A stretch of DNA of 16,277 nt from an uncultured Deferribacteres bacterium. Its GTDB lineage: Bacteria; Zhuqueibacterota; Zhuqueibacteria; Zhuqueibacterales; Geothermadaptataceae. The translations under genes were made by a program, and so were the position numbers. Positions 1 through 7,437 of this stretch are shown here, piece by piece (within the stretch, counting starts at the first letter, position 1; each line of letters starts with the position of its first letter). The notes beneath the pieces are model-generated. The model was given only the letters and a program-made list of their open reading frames with translations, searched no databases and was not told the DNA's origin. Location of the stretch: NCBI GenBank assembly GCA_964014485.1, contig CAXHAT010000178.1, positions 1 to 16,277 of the forward strand, in the 5' to 3' direction.

Positions 1-170
1 ACTTGAAAAAAATACGAAACGAATAACGTTACCCACACAAATTCATATAGAGCCGATAAACCAAGGTCAGTTCACTTCGAATGAATGCATAGGTTAAAAA
101 TTTGGCTCTTGTTTACAATCAGAGAGTTAAAGTGCGGATAAAGCTGGAAGGCAATGAGTGGGGGAAAGAA

Positions 171-196
171 GTTGATGGGGCGAAAACCCCATCTAC
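171..196 (-). terminator. Putative intrinsic terminator of the CYTH-like gene
   Basis: GATGGGG-cgaaaa-CCCCATC perfect 7-bp stem (174-193) just past the stop at 200. Only a weak U-tract follows on the minus strand. Confidence 0.45.
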
Positions 197-199
197 AAG

Positions 200-1129
200 T
201 TATTTCCCTAACCGCAGGGCGTGGTTGTCTGTTTGGCCGAAATCGTAGGCGACGTTTTCCTTGTTTTTGCCTTTCGGCGCCACCCAGTCGGAGTTTTTCA
301 TCAATTCAAAAAAACTGCGAGACTTTTCGTCCAAGTCAGGCGCGTCGGCGAGTTTTCTAGTGGCGTAACTGAAGGAAAACTCAATCATGTAAAAGTCGTT
401 TTCCGCTTCTTCCAACGCCCAGAAAGTGAGACGGGTGTGAATTTTTCTTTTGTCGCCGAAACTGATGTAGCCGCCCAAAACCGTTTCAACCGGCGTAAAG
501 GCGTTCACCGTGGCAATGCTCTCGGCCGGATCGATTTCGTCGAATTTGAGCAGCACAGGGAACACGTCGGAAAGATCGCTGACGTTTGCCAAATTATACT
601 GTTTGACCGGTATTTTGGCGGCGGCGGAACGATTATACGTCGTCAGGCGCGCGTCAATTTCTTCTTCAAACTTCTTGCTGCCGCCGTCCATTTCGGCAAA
701 AGCGATTCTGCTGGTGACGTTGCTCACGTCCGCAATCCTTTTGGATTCCGAGCGATATTTCAGAGAGATTTTGACATCGTCGTCCGGCTTGCCGTTTTCC
801 GAGTCGGTCTTTTCTTTCAGCACAAAGCCGTTTTTGTAGAGCGTAAAGTTCGGCGTGTCGATATACCGCGTTTTACGGGTTTTGATCTCGTCAAACTCCA
901 GCACCATTTTGGCCTGAAAGTTCTCGGACAACACGGCTTTGGCCGCCTGCAAAAATTCCTGCGATGATTGCGCAACGTCTGTGAATTTGTCCGTTCGCAG
1001 CATGAGTTTGTATTCGCGATAACGAATATCCTCGAGCTTGATCGCGGGTTTGGAATGGACGAGAGCGGCGAGAATGGAAAACAATGCAAGAATCGGCAGG
1101 AGCAATTTGGGGTAGTGCTTGATGCTCAT
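200..1129 (-). CDS. Secreted CYTH-like (triphosphate tunnel metalloenzyme fold) protein, about 309 aa
   Basis: Start moved from 1228 to ATG 1129, which follows GGAGG and begins a signal-like segment (MSIKHYPKLLLPILALFSILAALVHS). CYTH-like motifs: YREYKLML, RYIDTPNFTLYKNGFVLKEK, ISLKYR, KFEEEI, MIEFSF. Confidence 0.65.
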   Translation of the reverse strand: MSIKHYPKLLLPILALFSILAALVHSKPAIKLEDIRYREYKLMLRTDKFTDVAQSSQEFLQAAKAVLSENFQAKMVLEFDEIKTRKTRYIDTPNFTLYKNGFVLKEKTDSENGKPDDDVKISLKYRSESKRIADVSNVTSRIAFAEMDGGSKKFEEEIDARLTTYNRSAAAKIPVKQYNLANVSDLSDVFPVLLKFDEIDPAESIATVNAFTPVETVLGGYISFGDKRKIHTRLTFWALEEAENDFYMIEFSFSYATRKLADAPDLDEKSRSFFELMKNSDWVAPKGKNKENVAYDFGQTDNHALRLGK

Positions 1130-1488
1130 TTCTTCCTCCGGTTCACATGAAGCCGTACGTGGCCGGGCGCAGTTAGCGCCATAACCTTCTTTGGTCGTTC
1201 GGCTGGAATTAGTGACGTCTTCTCCCATCCGCGTAAATCAAAATGACCGGCTTACAGAATCGTTATTAAAAAGAGCTTTCTCTTTCGTTGCTGTAATCCG
1301 GTGCTCTTTTCCCAAAACGTGTTTTCGCAGATGGATTCGCAGTTTGTAACCGGAAAGGCGGCGCGTTTGGCGGAAATTATCAAAAGAGCGCAACAATTTC
1401 AGGATTTGGCGGCGTCTTTGCACACGACTCAATGATCTTTTTTGAAAACACCCGTGAAAAGACGTCTTGATTTTAAAGGTAATTTAAT

Positions 1489-2994
1489 ATGTCCAACCCG
1501 CGGCGATTTTTTCCGCATTACATCATCGCGCTGCTGTTTTTTTCAGTTCCGAACATTTTTGCGCAAATTTCGATTGGCCCCTACGTCCAGCAAATCAGCG
1601 ATTCCGAAGCGACGATTATCTGGTACACCGAAAAAAGCGCTTCAGGCGCGCTGAAGTTCGGGCGAGAAATAAACGCGCAAACGGAATCGCATGAGACCGG
1701 CAACGGAGGATTGCACGCAGCGCATCTGAAAAACCTGAGTCCCGGAACGCGTTATTTTTATTCAGTTCTCGTCGACGGGGAATCCATTGCCAGCGGCGAA
1801 CACTATTTTTTTAAAACAGCTGCGGCCAGCGGCGCAAATTCAAAATTCCGCTTCATTGCGTTTGGGGATATGGGCAAGAGCACGGAGGAGCAAGTGCAAG
1901 TCGCCGAGCAAATCGAAAGCTTGACGCCGCGCGCCGATTTTGGATTGTTGCTCGGGGACATCGTTTACAATTCGGGCAAGCGCAAGGATTACCCGGAGTT
2001 GTATTTTCAACCCTACGCAAAAACGATCTGCAACACGCCGTTCTGGCCGTCGATTGGCAATCACGATATGAAAAGCCAAAACGGCGCGGCGTATTTTGAA
2101 TTTTTTTACACGCCAGCGAATAATCCCGCCGGACTGGAAGATTATTATTCATTTGATTACGGCAATGCGCATTTTGTTTCGCTGGATTCCGAAAATGCAC
2201 GCGAAGACGGTTCTTATCCTGAAATGCTGGACTGGGTGGAGCGCGATCTTGAGGCGGCCAGGGCGCGCGGCGCGGAGTGGCTGTTTGCCTTTTTCCATCA
2301 TGCGCCGTACTCGGAGGGGACGCACGGAGACGATGAGTTTGTCGTTGAAAATTATCTGCCTCGACTGGAGAAAAACGGCGTGGACATAGTTTTCGCCGGG
2401 CACTCGCACGTTTTGGAAAGATCGTACCTGGTGCGCAGCGGTACGGTAATCAACGGCCACCCGAATAAATATTCAAAATTGGGGCATAACGAGGGAACGG
2501 TCTACATCGTCAGCGGGGCGGGGGCGAAGCAGGGACTTTCCGATGAAAAGCATCCGCTGATGGCGTTTCAGCAGGAGGGCTTTCAAAACGGCGTTTCCGT
2601 CATCGATATTGACGGGCAGGTTTTGCGGGGCTTTTTTCGCACCAACGACGGGCAGGAAATCGACCATTTTGCGATTTTTAAGGACGGCACGACAGCGGTT
2701 CGCGAAAAGCCTGACATTGCTCAAGCTCCGGCGGTATTTTCGCTGCACCAAAACTTCCCGAATCCTTTTAACCCCAGAACGAGTTTTCGGTTTTCGCTTC
2801 GGCAAGCGGCTCGTGTTGAAATTTCAATTTACAACACGACGGGCGCGCTGGTTGAGACGGCGGTGAATGAAGATTTTGCACCGGGCGAGCATGCCGTTTC
2901 CTGGACGGCGGAAAATCTGGCCAGCGGCGTTTATGTCTACAAAATGACCGCAGGCGGCGTGGAAAAATCGCGTAAGTTTATTTTGCTGCGATAA
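1489..2994 (+). CDS. Purple acid phosphatase-family metallophosphoesterase with N-terminal FN3-like domain and C-terminal T9SS type A-like sorting domain
   Basis: Signal peptide (...IFA-Q). FN3-like LKNLSPGTRYFYSV. All five PAP motifs: GDMG, GDIVY, GNHD, FHH, GHSH. CTD: FSLHQNFPNPFNPRT...ISIYN..G..V...LASGVYVY. Confidence 0.92.
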   Translation: MSNPRRFFPHYIIALLFFSVPNIFAQISIGPYVQQISDSEATIIWYTEKSASGALKFGREINAQTESHETGNGGLHAAHLKNLSPGTRYFYSVLVDGESIASGEHYFFKTAAASGANSKFRFIAFGDMGKSTEEQVQVAEQIESLTPRADFGLLLGDIVYNSGKRKDYPELYFQPYAKTICNTPFWPSIGNHDMKSQNGAAYFEFFYTPANNPAGLEDYYSFDYGNAHFVSLDSENAREDGSYPEMLDWVERDLEAARARGAEWLFAFFHHAPYSEGTHGDDEFVVENYLPRLEKNGVDIVFAGHSHVLERSYLVRSGTVINGHPNKYSKLGHNEGTVYIVSGAGAKQGLSDEKHPLMAFQQEGFQNGVSVIDIDGQVLRGFFRTNDGQEIDHFAIFKDGTTAVREKPDIAQAPAVFSLHQNFPNPFNPRTSFRFSLRQAARVEISIYNTTGALVETAVNEDFAPGEHAVSWTAENLASGVYVYKMTAGGVEKSRKFILLR

Positions 2995-3003
2995 TATCCT
3001 GGT

Positions 3004-3025
3004 GGAGCTTGGCGGCTTCTTTTTT
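3004..3025 (+). terminator. Possible weak intrinsic terminator after the phosphatase gene
   Basis: GGAGCT-tggc-GGCTTC stem with G-U pairs, followed by TTTTTT, 10 nt after the stop. Confidence 0.35.
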
Positions 3026-3072
3026 GGTTTTGACGGGATTAACACGATTGACCGGATTTTGGTCAGACGTTT

Positions 3073-3136
3073 CAAGACGCAAAGACGCAAAGACGCAAAG
3101 ACGCAAAGACGCAAAGACGCAAAGACGCAGAGACGT
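3073..3136 (+). repeat. 8-bp tandem repeat (AAAGACGC)n
   Basis: Six perfect AAAGACGC units at 3081-3128, with degenerate units CAAGACGC (3073-3080) and AGAGACGT (3129-3136). Confidence 0.97.
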
Positions 3137-3262
3137 TGAGAAACGCCGAAAAACAAACTGTCTTGAGAGATCAAAACACCAGAACTAAACGAAAATAAAG
3201 ACATTAAAAGTCAATTCTCGTAAAAAACTCTGCGATGCTCGCCGAACTCTGCGTCTTTGCGT
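3117..3262. repeat. Inner inverted-repeat element (ACGCAAAGACGCAGAG ... CTCTGCGTCTTTGCGT)
   Basis: Perfect 16-bp inverted repeat 3117-3132 / 3247-3262, extended by a degenerate pair 3138-3150 / 3228-3240, around an AT-rich core. Confidence 0.85.
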
Positions 3263-3320
3263 TAAATAGAAAAATTGTATGACTCACTTTGGCTTTTGTT
3301 CACTCAATATCCTTCTTGAC

Positions 3321-4766
3321 CTACCGGACGAAATATTGCGAATCGAATCCTGACGATCCTGTTATCCAGTAAAAAATTCCCACCAAGAACAAACTCAGCG
3401 CCAAATTTGTGTGAAGTTTGGCGGCGGCTTTTTTGCGCCAGACGTACAGCAGCACGACGGCGACGCTTATGAGTCCGGCGCACAGCCCGGCCCACAGTCC
3501 GGTCAACCCCCAACCGTAGCGAAAACAGAGTAAGTAGGCGATGGGTACGCCGAATCCCCAGTGGCAGATCAGGCTGGCGTACATAGCCGTTTTTGTATCG
3601 CCAAGGCCTCGCAAGACGCCGATGGCCGTCACCTGGACTCCATCAAAAAGTTGAAACAAGGCTGCGACGAGGACAAGGGAGACGGCAGCAATAATGACCT
3701 CGTTTTCCGAAGTGAAAATACTCAAGGTTTCGACTGGGAAAACGAGCAAAATAATCCCGCAGAAGGACATAAATCCGGCGCCAATAATCATGGCCGTCCA
3801 TCCGGCGGTTGCGGCTGTGCGCGGCGACTTTCTGCCAATCTCTTGGCCCACCCTGACTGCGCCTGCCGAGGAAAGCCCGAGCGGAATCATGAAGGTGAAA
3901 CTGATGATTTTGAGCACGATGTGGTGCGCCGCCAATGAGATCGGTGCGAGTCGTCCGGCCAGCATTGTCACTGTGGTGAAAATGCCGACTTCGAAAAGAA
4001 TTTGCGTTGCGGCCGGGAAACCGAGTTTCAGCAGCTCAACAAAAAGCGTTTTTTGAAAGCCGGAAAAGCCGTCGAGAAGGCGGCGTTTTTCTCGCCGTTC
4101 ATTTCTCATAACAACAATTGCCAAGCACACGAAAATAGCAATTGCGGAAATGTTCGTTGCGATGGCTGCGCCGTCCGCGCCCATTGCCGGGAAGCCGAAT
4201 TTGCCGAAAACAAAAACCCAATTGGCAAAAGCGTTGAAAATATTGGCGATGATCAGGGTGACAGCTAACGGCTTGACGATGCTACACGCTTGTAAATATC
4301 TGCGCAGTGCATTGTAAAGCATGATCGGCAGGATGGAAATGCTGGCGATTTTGAGATAGCTGATCGCACCGGGAAGCACCGCAGCCTGAATTTTGAAGGA
4401 TGGCAGAAGCGCAATAAGAATAAAAACAACGGCGATCAGAGGGAGGGAAAGGATAAACGCGAGCGTGACGCCGTGCATGAGAATATGTTTGCATTTTTCG
4501 ATGCTGCCAGCGCCGTGGGCATGAGAAATTTTGTAGTCCAGCCCAAGTAAAAGACCGATTCCGACGAGGATGACGGCCATGTGCAAACCGCTGCCAATGC
4601 TGACCGCCCCCAACGCTTCCGCACTCACCCGCCCAACGACCATTGTATCGACCACGCCGAGCATAACCCAGCCGATTTCCGCAAAAATGACGGGCCAGGC
4701 GAGTTTCAGCATGATCGGCAGTTCGGTGGAGAATCGCCGGAACGCTGCACGATTTATTGTTTGCAT
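3321..4766 (-). CDS. MATE family efflux transporter (NorM-like)
   Basis: LKLAWPVI, VVDTMVVGR, FGFPAMGADGAAIAT, LKLGFP, LAAHHI, AVRVGQEIG, FQLFDGVQV, GVLRGLGDT. About 12 hydrophobic segments. Confidence 0.95.
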   Translation of the reverse strand: MQTINRAAFRRFSTELPIMLKLAWPVIFAEIGWVMLGVVDTMVVGRVSAEALGAVSIGSGLHMAVILVGIGLLLGLDYKISHAHGAGSIEKCKHILMHGVTLAFILSLPLIAVVFILIALLPSFKIQAAVLPGAISYLKIASISILPIMLYNALRRYLQACSIVKPLAVTLIIANIFNAFANWVFVFGKFGFPAMGADGAAIATNISAIAIFVCLAIVVMRNERREKRRLLDGFSGFQKTLFVELLKLGFPAATQILFEVGIFTTVTMLAGRLAPISLAAHHIVLKIISFTFMIPLGLSSAGAVRVGQEIGRKSPRTAATAGWTAMIIGAGFMSFCGIILLVFPVETLSIFTSENEVIIAAVSLVLVAALFQLFDGVQVTAIGVLRGLGDTKTAMYASLICHWGFGVPIAYLLCFRYGWGLTGLWAGLCAGLISVAVVLLYVWRKKAAAKLHTNLALSLFLVGIFYWITGSSGFDSQYFVR

Positions 4767-4797
4767 TGAGAAGATGGTTTTGACGGTGGTTTTTTTG

Positions 4798-4924
4798 AAA
4801 AGGAGTGCGAAGCTTGCTTTGTCTTTCGTGGGACCGCTTGGAGAAACGCAGTAGACTCAAACGTTAAGCGAACGATTTTAGCAAGGCAGCGCCTGAAAAG
4901 CAACGCAAGCTGTACACTCCTTTT
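4798..4924. repeat. REP/REPIN-like inverted doublet, copy 1 (GGAGTGC-AAGCTTGC family)
   Basis: Left arm 4798-4827 is AAAAGGAGTGCGAAGCTTGCTTTGTCTTTC. Right arm 4895-4924 reverse-complements to AAAAGGAGTGTACAGCTTGCGTTGCTTTTC (24/30). The same motif recurs at 13933 and 14140. Confidence 0.85.
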
Positions 4925-4949
4925 TGTCGAACAATGGGGCGGGTTTGGG

Positions 4950-7229
4950 CTATTGCAAAATATCCAAAAGACGACTGTATTTTATGGTGAAGCTACGGTT
5001 CTGAATCCCGAAACGGCTGTTAAAACGGTCGTCGAAAACGTCTTGCGTTTCATTGTAAACCAGGAATAAACCAGTGTTTGCAGCCTGAAGCCAGCCGAAT
5101 CGCAGGTTGGTTGACACCGCGTCGGCTATATCGTTGTATTGCACGAGGCTTTGCAGGAAAATTCGCGGCGTGAAGGAGTAGGAGAGACGCACACCCAGCA
5201 GATTCGTGGTCGTTTCACCGTTGTCCAAATCCAACTTGTTGACGTTGTAATCGATCTCGGAATTGAACTTTTCTCCAAAACGAAATTTGAAGGTGTTGGA
5301 AATTGAAAAGCGTCTACCGCCAAAGAATCCGCCGGTTTGAATTCGGTTCCTGTAGCTGATCGGCGCGCCCTGATTTGAAATCATGACAAGTTGAAGCTCG
5401 GCGTGATTGTACGTCCCAACGTCGACTGGAATGACCCCGGCTAAGTCAAAAGCTTCCCGCACGCCTTCCTTGGTGAAATTGACGCCGGTATGGATTTCAT
5501 AGCCGTTTTTCCATTCCCAATGACTATCCACGTGGAGAAAACCGGTTTGCTGAAAGCTGCTGTTCGCGTCCCAAAAACCGCGGTAAGAAATATGCGGACG
5601 CGCTTCGTGCAAGCCGAGAAGGCCGTTTAGGCGCGCCGTGCGAAAAATCAAAAAACTCATCCGGCGGAAAGAGTCACGGCTCAGAAAGCCGACTTCCGGA
5701 TTGAAATTACTTTCGACTTTGGTGTAGCTGAAATTCAACATCCAGGCCTGCGAGCTGTAGTCGGCGCCAAATCGATAGGCGAGATCGTTGCTTTCCAAAG
5801 TCGGCGTGTCCGTTTTCGCCAGAAAGCCTGAAAGTTGCGTTCTCTGACCCAGGCCGAGCCGTCCGTCGACTGCAAAGGTTCGGTTATAGTCGTCGCTGTC
5901 CGATAAACTGCCGGTCGCGTCGCGATTGACGAACATGGCCCCAATTGACGTCCGGTTGTGCATCTCCTGTTTCACGCGGACGACTGAGAAATTGTTTGCG
6001 GGGGAAGCAGTGAAGTCGTTCACCGACGAAGCGTCAACGGATTGCGCCTGCATGTTTAACAACCCGATGTTCGTATTGCCGACCTTTCCGGAGACGCGTC
6101 CGCCGCCCAGAATCGGCACCAACCTTCTTGCATCATCCAAGCCAATTCTGCGGCTAAAAAACATTTCAACTTCGCCTGAACTTCCGACGGAAAAAAGCCC
6201 CGCGTTTTCTAAGAAGAACGGGCGTTTCTCGGGGAAAAAGAGACTGAAACGATCAAGGTTGATCTGTTGTTCGTCCACCTCAACTTGTGCAAAATCCGTG
6301 TTCCAGGTTACGTCAAGCGTCATGCTTGGCGTCAGGCTGTACTTGAGGTCGGCCCCGATTTCGCGCGGATAATCGGAAAGCTTGCCGCCGGTGTAATTTC
6401 TTACATTTTGTCCAAGAACGTAAGGCATGACTTTGAGGTTTTTAGGCGCGCCGACCTCCAGGCCCGTCATGCTGCCTGCCAGAGAAATCTTGTTGAGCGT
6501 GTATTGCCGAGGCAGCTTGGTCCAAAACGCCCGTTCGTTACGGCGGCGAATGTTTCTCTGAAAATTCACGCCCCATTCCTGGTTTCTTTTTTTGGAGAAA
6601 CGCAAAGTGCGGAAGGGAATGGCAAATTCTGCGCTCCAGCCCGCCTCGGAGATTTTCGTTTTGACCTCCCAAGAGCCGTCCCAATTGATGTTAAATCCGC
6701 CGCCGGAGCCGCCGCGCTGTCTGCCGCCAAATCCCCCGCCTTCGCCCTCGTTTATCACTTGTGCGTCGTACTCAATCCCGGCGGGGTTGGTGCCAAAAAC
6801 GAAGCCGTTTTGGTTGTCATTAAACGTATCCAGAATGATTTGAAAGCAATCCGTTTCGCTCAAACTTGCATCTCGCCGGCTGTCGGAAACGATGATTCCG
6901 GCGGGGTCTTTGTCGTAGCACACGACGCCAAAGTACAGAGTGTCGTTCGAGAACAAAACGCGCACTTCGGTCTTTTCGGAAGCCTCTTTGCCTTCATCCG
7001 GCGTGGTCTGCCAGAATTCCGCGCTCGGCGGCGCTGAGGCCCAGGCTGGATCATTCAAAACTTCGCCGTCGATGGACGGGGATGTTTCAGTGCGTTGCGC
7101 TTGAACCTTCTTTTCGCCAGAATCATTCGAATTCTCATTGATTTCTACGGCCAGACCGGGCGCGACAAAAGCCAATGCGCTAAATATCGTGCAAAACCGC
7201 TGTGCTGTGAGCATGTTTTTTGTTTTCAA
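4950..7229 (-). CDS. Outer-membrane protein with N-terminal CBM9-like domain and DUF5916-like beta-barrel region
   Basis: Likely start TTG 7229 (AGGAG 6 nt upstream) or ATG 7214, then a signal peptide. CBM9-like IDGEVLND.AW, TEVRVLF, WSAEFAIPFRTLRF. DUF5916-like NTDFAQVEVD..QINL.RF.LFFPEKRPFFLE and FSRRIG. Amphipathic beta-strands at the C-terminus. Confidence 0.85.
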   Translation of the reverse strand: MKTKNMLTAQRFCTIFSALAFVAPGLAVEINENSNDSGEKKVQAQRTETSPSIDGEVLNDPAWASAPPSAEFWQTTPDEGKEASEKTEVRVLFSNDTLYFGVVCYDKDPAGIIVSDSRRDASLSETDCFQIILDTFNDNQNGFVFGTNPAGIEYDAQVINEGEGGGFGGRQRGGSGGGFNINWDGSWEVKTKISEAGWSAEFAIPFRTLRFSKKRNQEWGVNFQRNIRRRNERAFWTKLPRQYTLNKISLAGSMTGLEVGAPKNLKVMPYVLGQNVRNYTGGKLSDYPREIGADLKYSLTPSMTLDVTWNTDFAQVEVDEQQINLDRFSLFFPEKRPFFLENAGLFSVGSSGEVEMFFSRRIGLDDARRLVPILGGGRVSGKVGNTNIGLLNMQAQSVDASSVNDFTASPANNFSVVRVKQEMHNRTSIGAMFVNRDATGSLSDSDDYNRTFAVDGRLGLGQRTQLSGFLAKTDTPTLESNDLAYRFGADYSSQAWMLNFSYTKVESNFNPEVGFLSRDSFRRMSFLIFRTARLNGLLGLHEARPHISYRGFWDANSSFQQTGFLHVDSHWEWKNGYEIHTGVNFTKEGVREAFDLAGVIPVDVGTYNHAELQLVMISNQGAPISYRNRIQTGGFFGGRRFSISNTFKFRFGEKFNSEIDYNVNKLDLDNGETTTNLLGVRLSYSFTPRIFLQSLVQYNDIADAVSTNLRFGWLQAANTGLFLVYNETQDVFDDRFNSRFGIQNRSFTIKYSRLLDILQ

Positions 7230-7329
7230 AACCTTCTCCTCATTTCCTCTCAATAATACAATAAAAAGCCCAATACTTTGACGCTGGTAGGGGCGACAAT
7301 CGTTCAATGCAATTCTGTTGTAAAAAGAA

Positions 7330-7358
7330 AATTTATAGCGTTTAGGGGGGATCTGCAA
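7330..7358 (-). promoter_or_regulatory. Putative sigma70 promoter for the DUF5916-like gene
   Basis: Minus strand TTGCAG (7358-7353), 17-nt spacer, TAAATT (7335-7330). Confidence 0.45.
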
Positions 7359-7396
7359 GGAGAATGTGAGTGGAAGAGCGTATCGTTGCTCAAAGG

Positions 7397-7421
7397 CCGG
7401 GCTCGAAGCGCTCGAACCCGG
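7397..7421 (-). terminator. Stem-loop after the plug lipoprotein gene (weak terminator or stabilising hairpin)
   Basis: Minus strand CCGGGTTCGAG-cgc-TTCGAGCCCGG, an 11-bp stem with G-U pairs, followed only by CCTTTG. Confidence 0.45.
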
Positions 7422-7437
7422 ACGGGACGTTTTGGGG

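Larger units (their letters stand above)
3033..3370. repeat. Outer inverted-repeat element with arms of degenerate 9-bp ACNNGATTN units
   Basis: Left arm 3033-3059 is ACGGGATTA ACACGATTG ACCGGATTT. Right arm 3346-3370 reverse-complements to ACTGGATAACAGGATCGTCAGGATT, about 20/26 identical with one gap. Confidence 0.6.

Noticed and set aside
221..967. 248-aa plus-strand ORF
   Set aside because: Antisense shadow of the CYTH-like gene, with no motifs. The same applies to 6267-7037 (+) and 12243-12923 (-).
1180..1232. Glycine-riboswitch-like GGGAGA...GCCGAA on the minus strand
   Set aside because: Lacks the conserved CUCAGG segment and a second aptamer, and the gene context does not fit.
3073..3136. 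Possible CRISPR array
   Set aside because: Units are 8 bp with no spacers, and there are no cas genes.
2824..3204. 126-aa ORF with LCVFASLR repeats
   Set aside because: Translation artefact of the 8-bp repeat (24-nt period), and it overlaps the phosphatase antisense.
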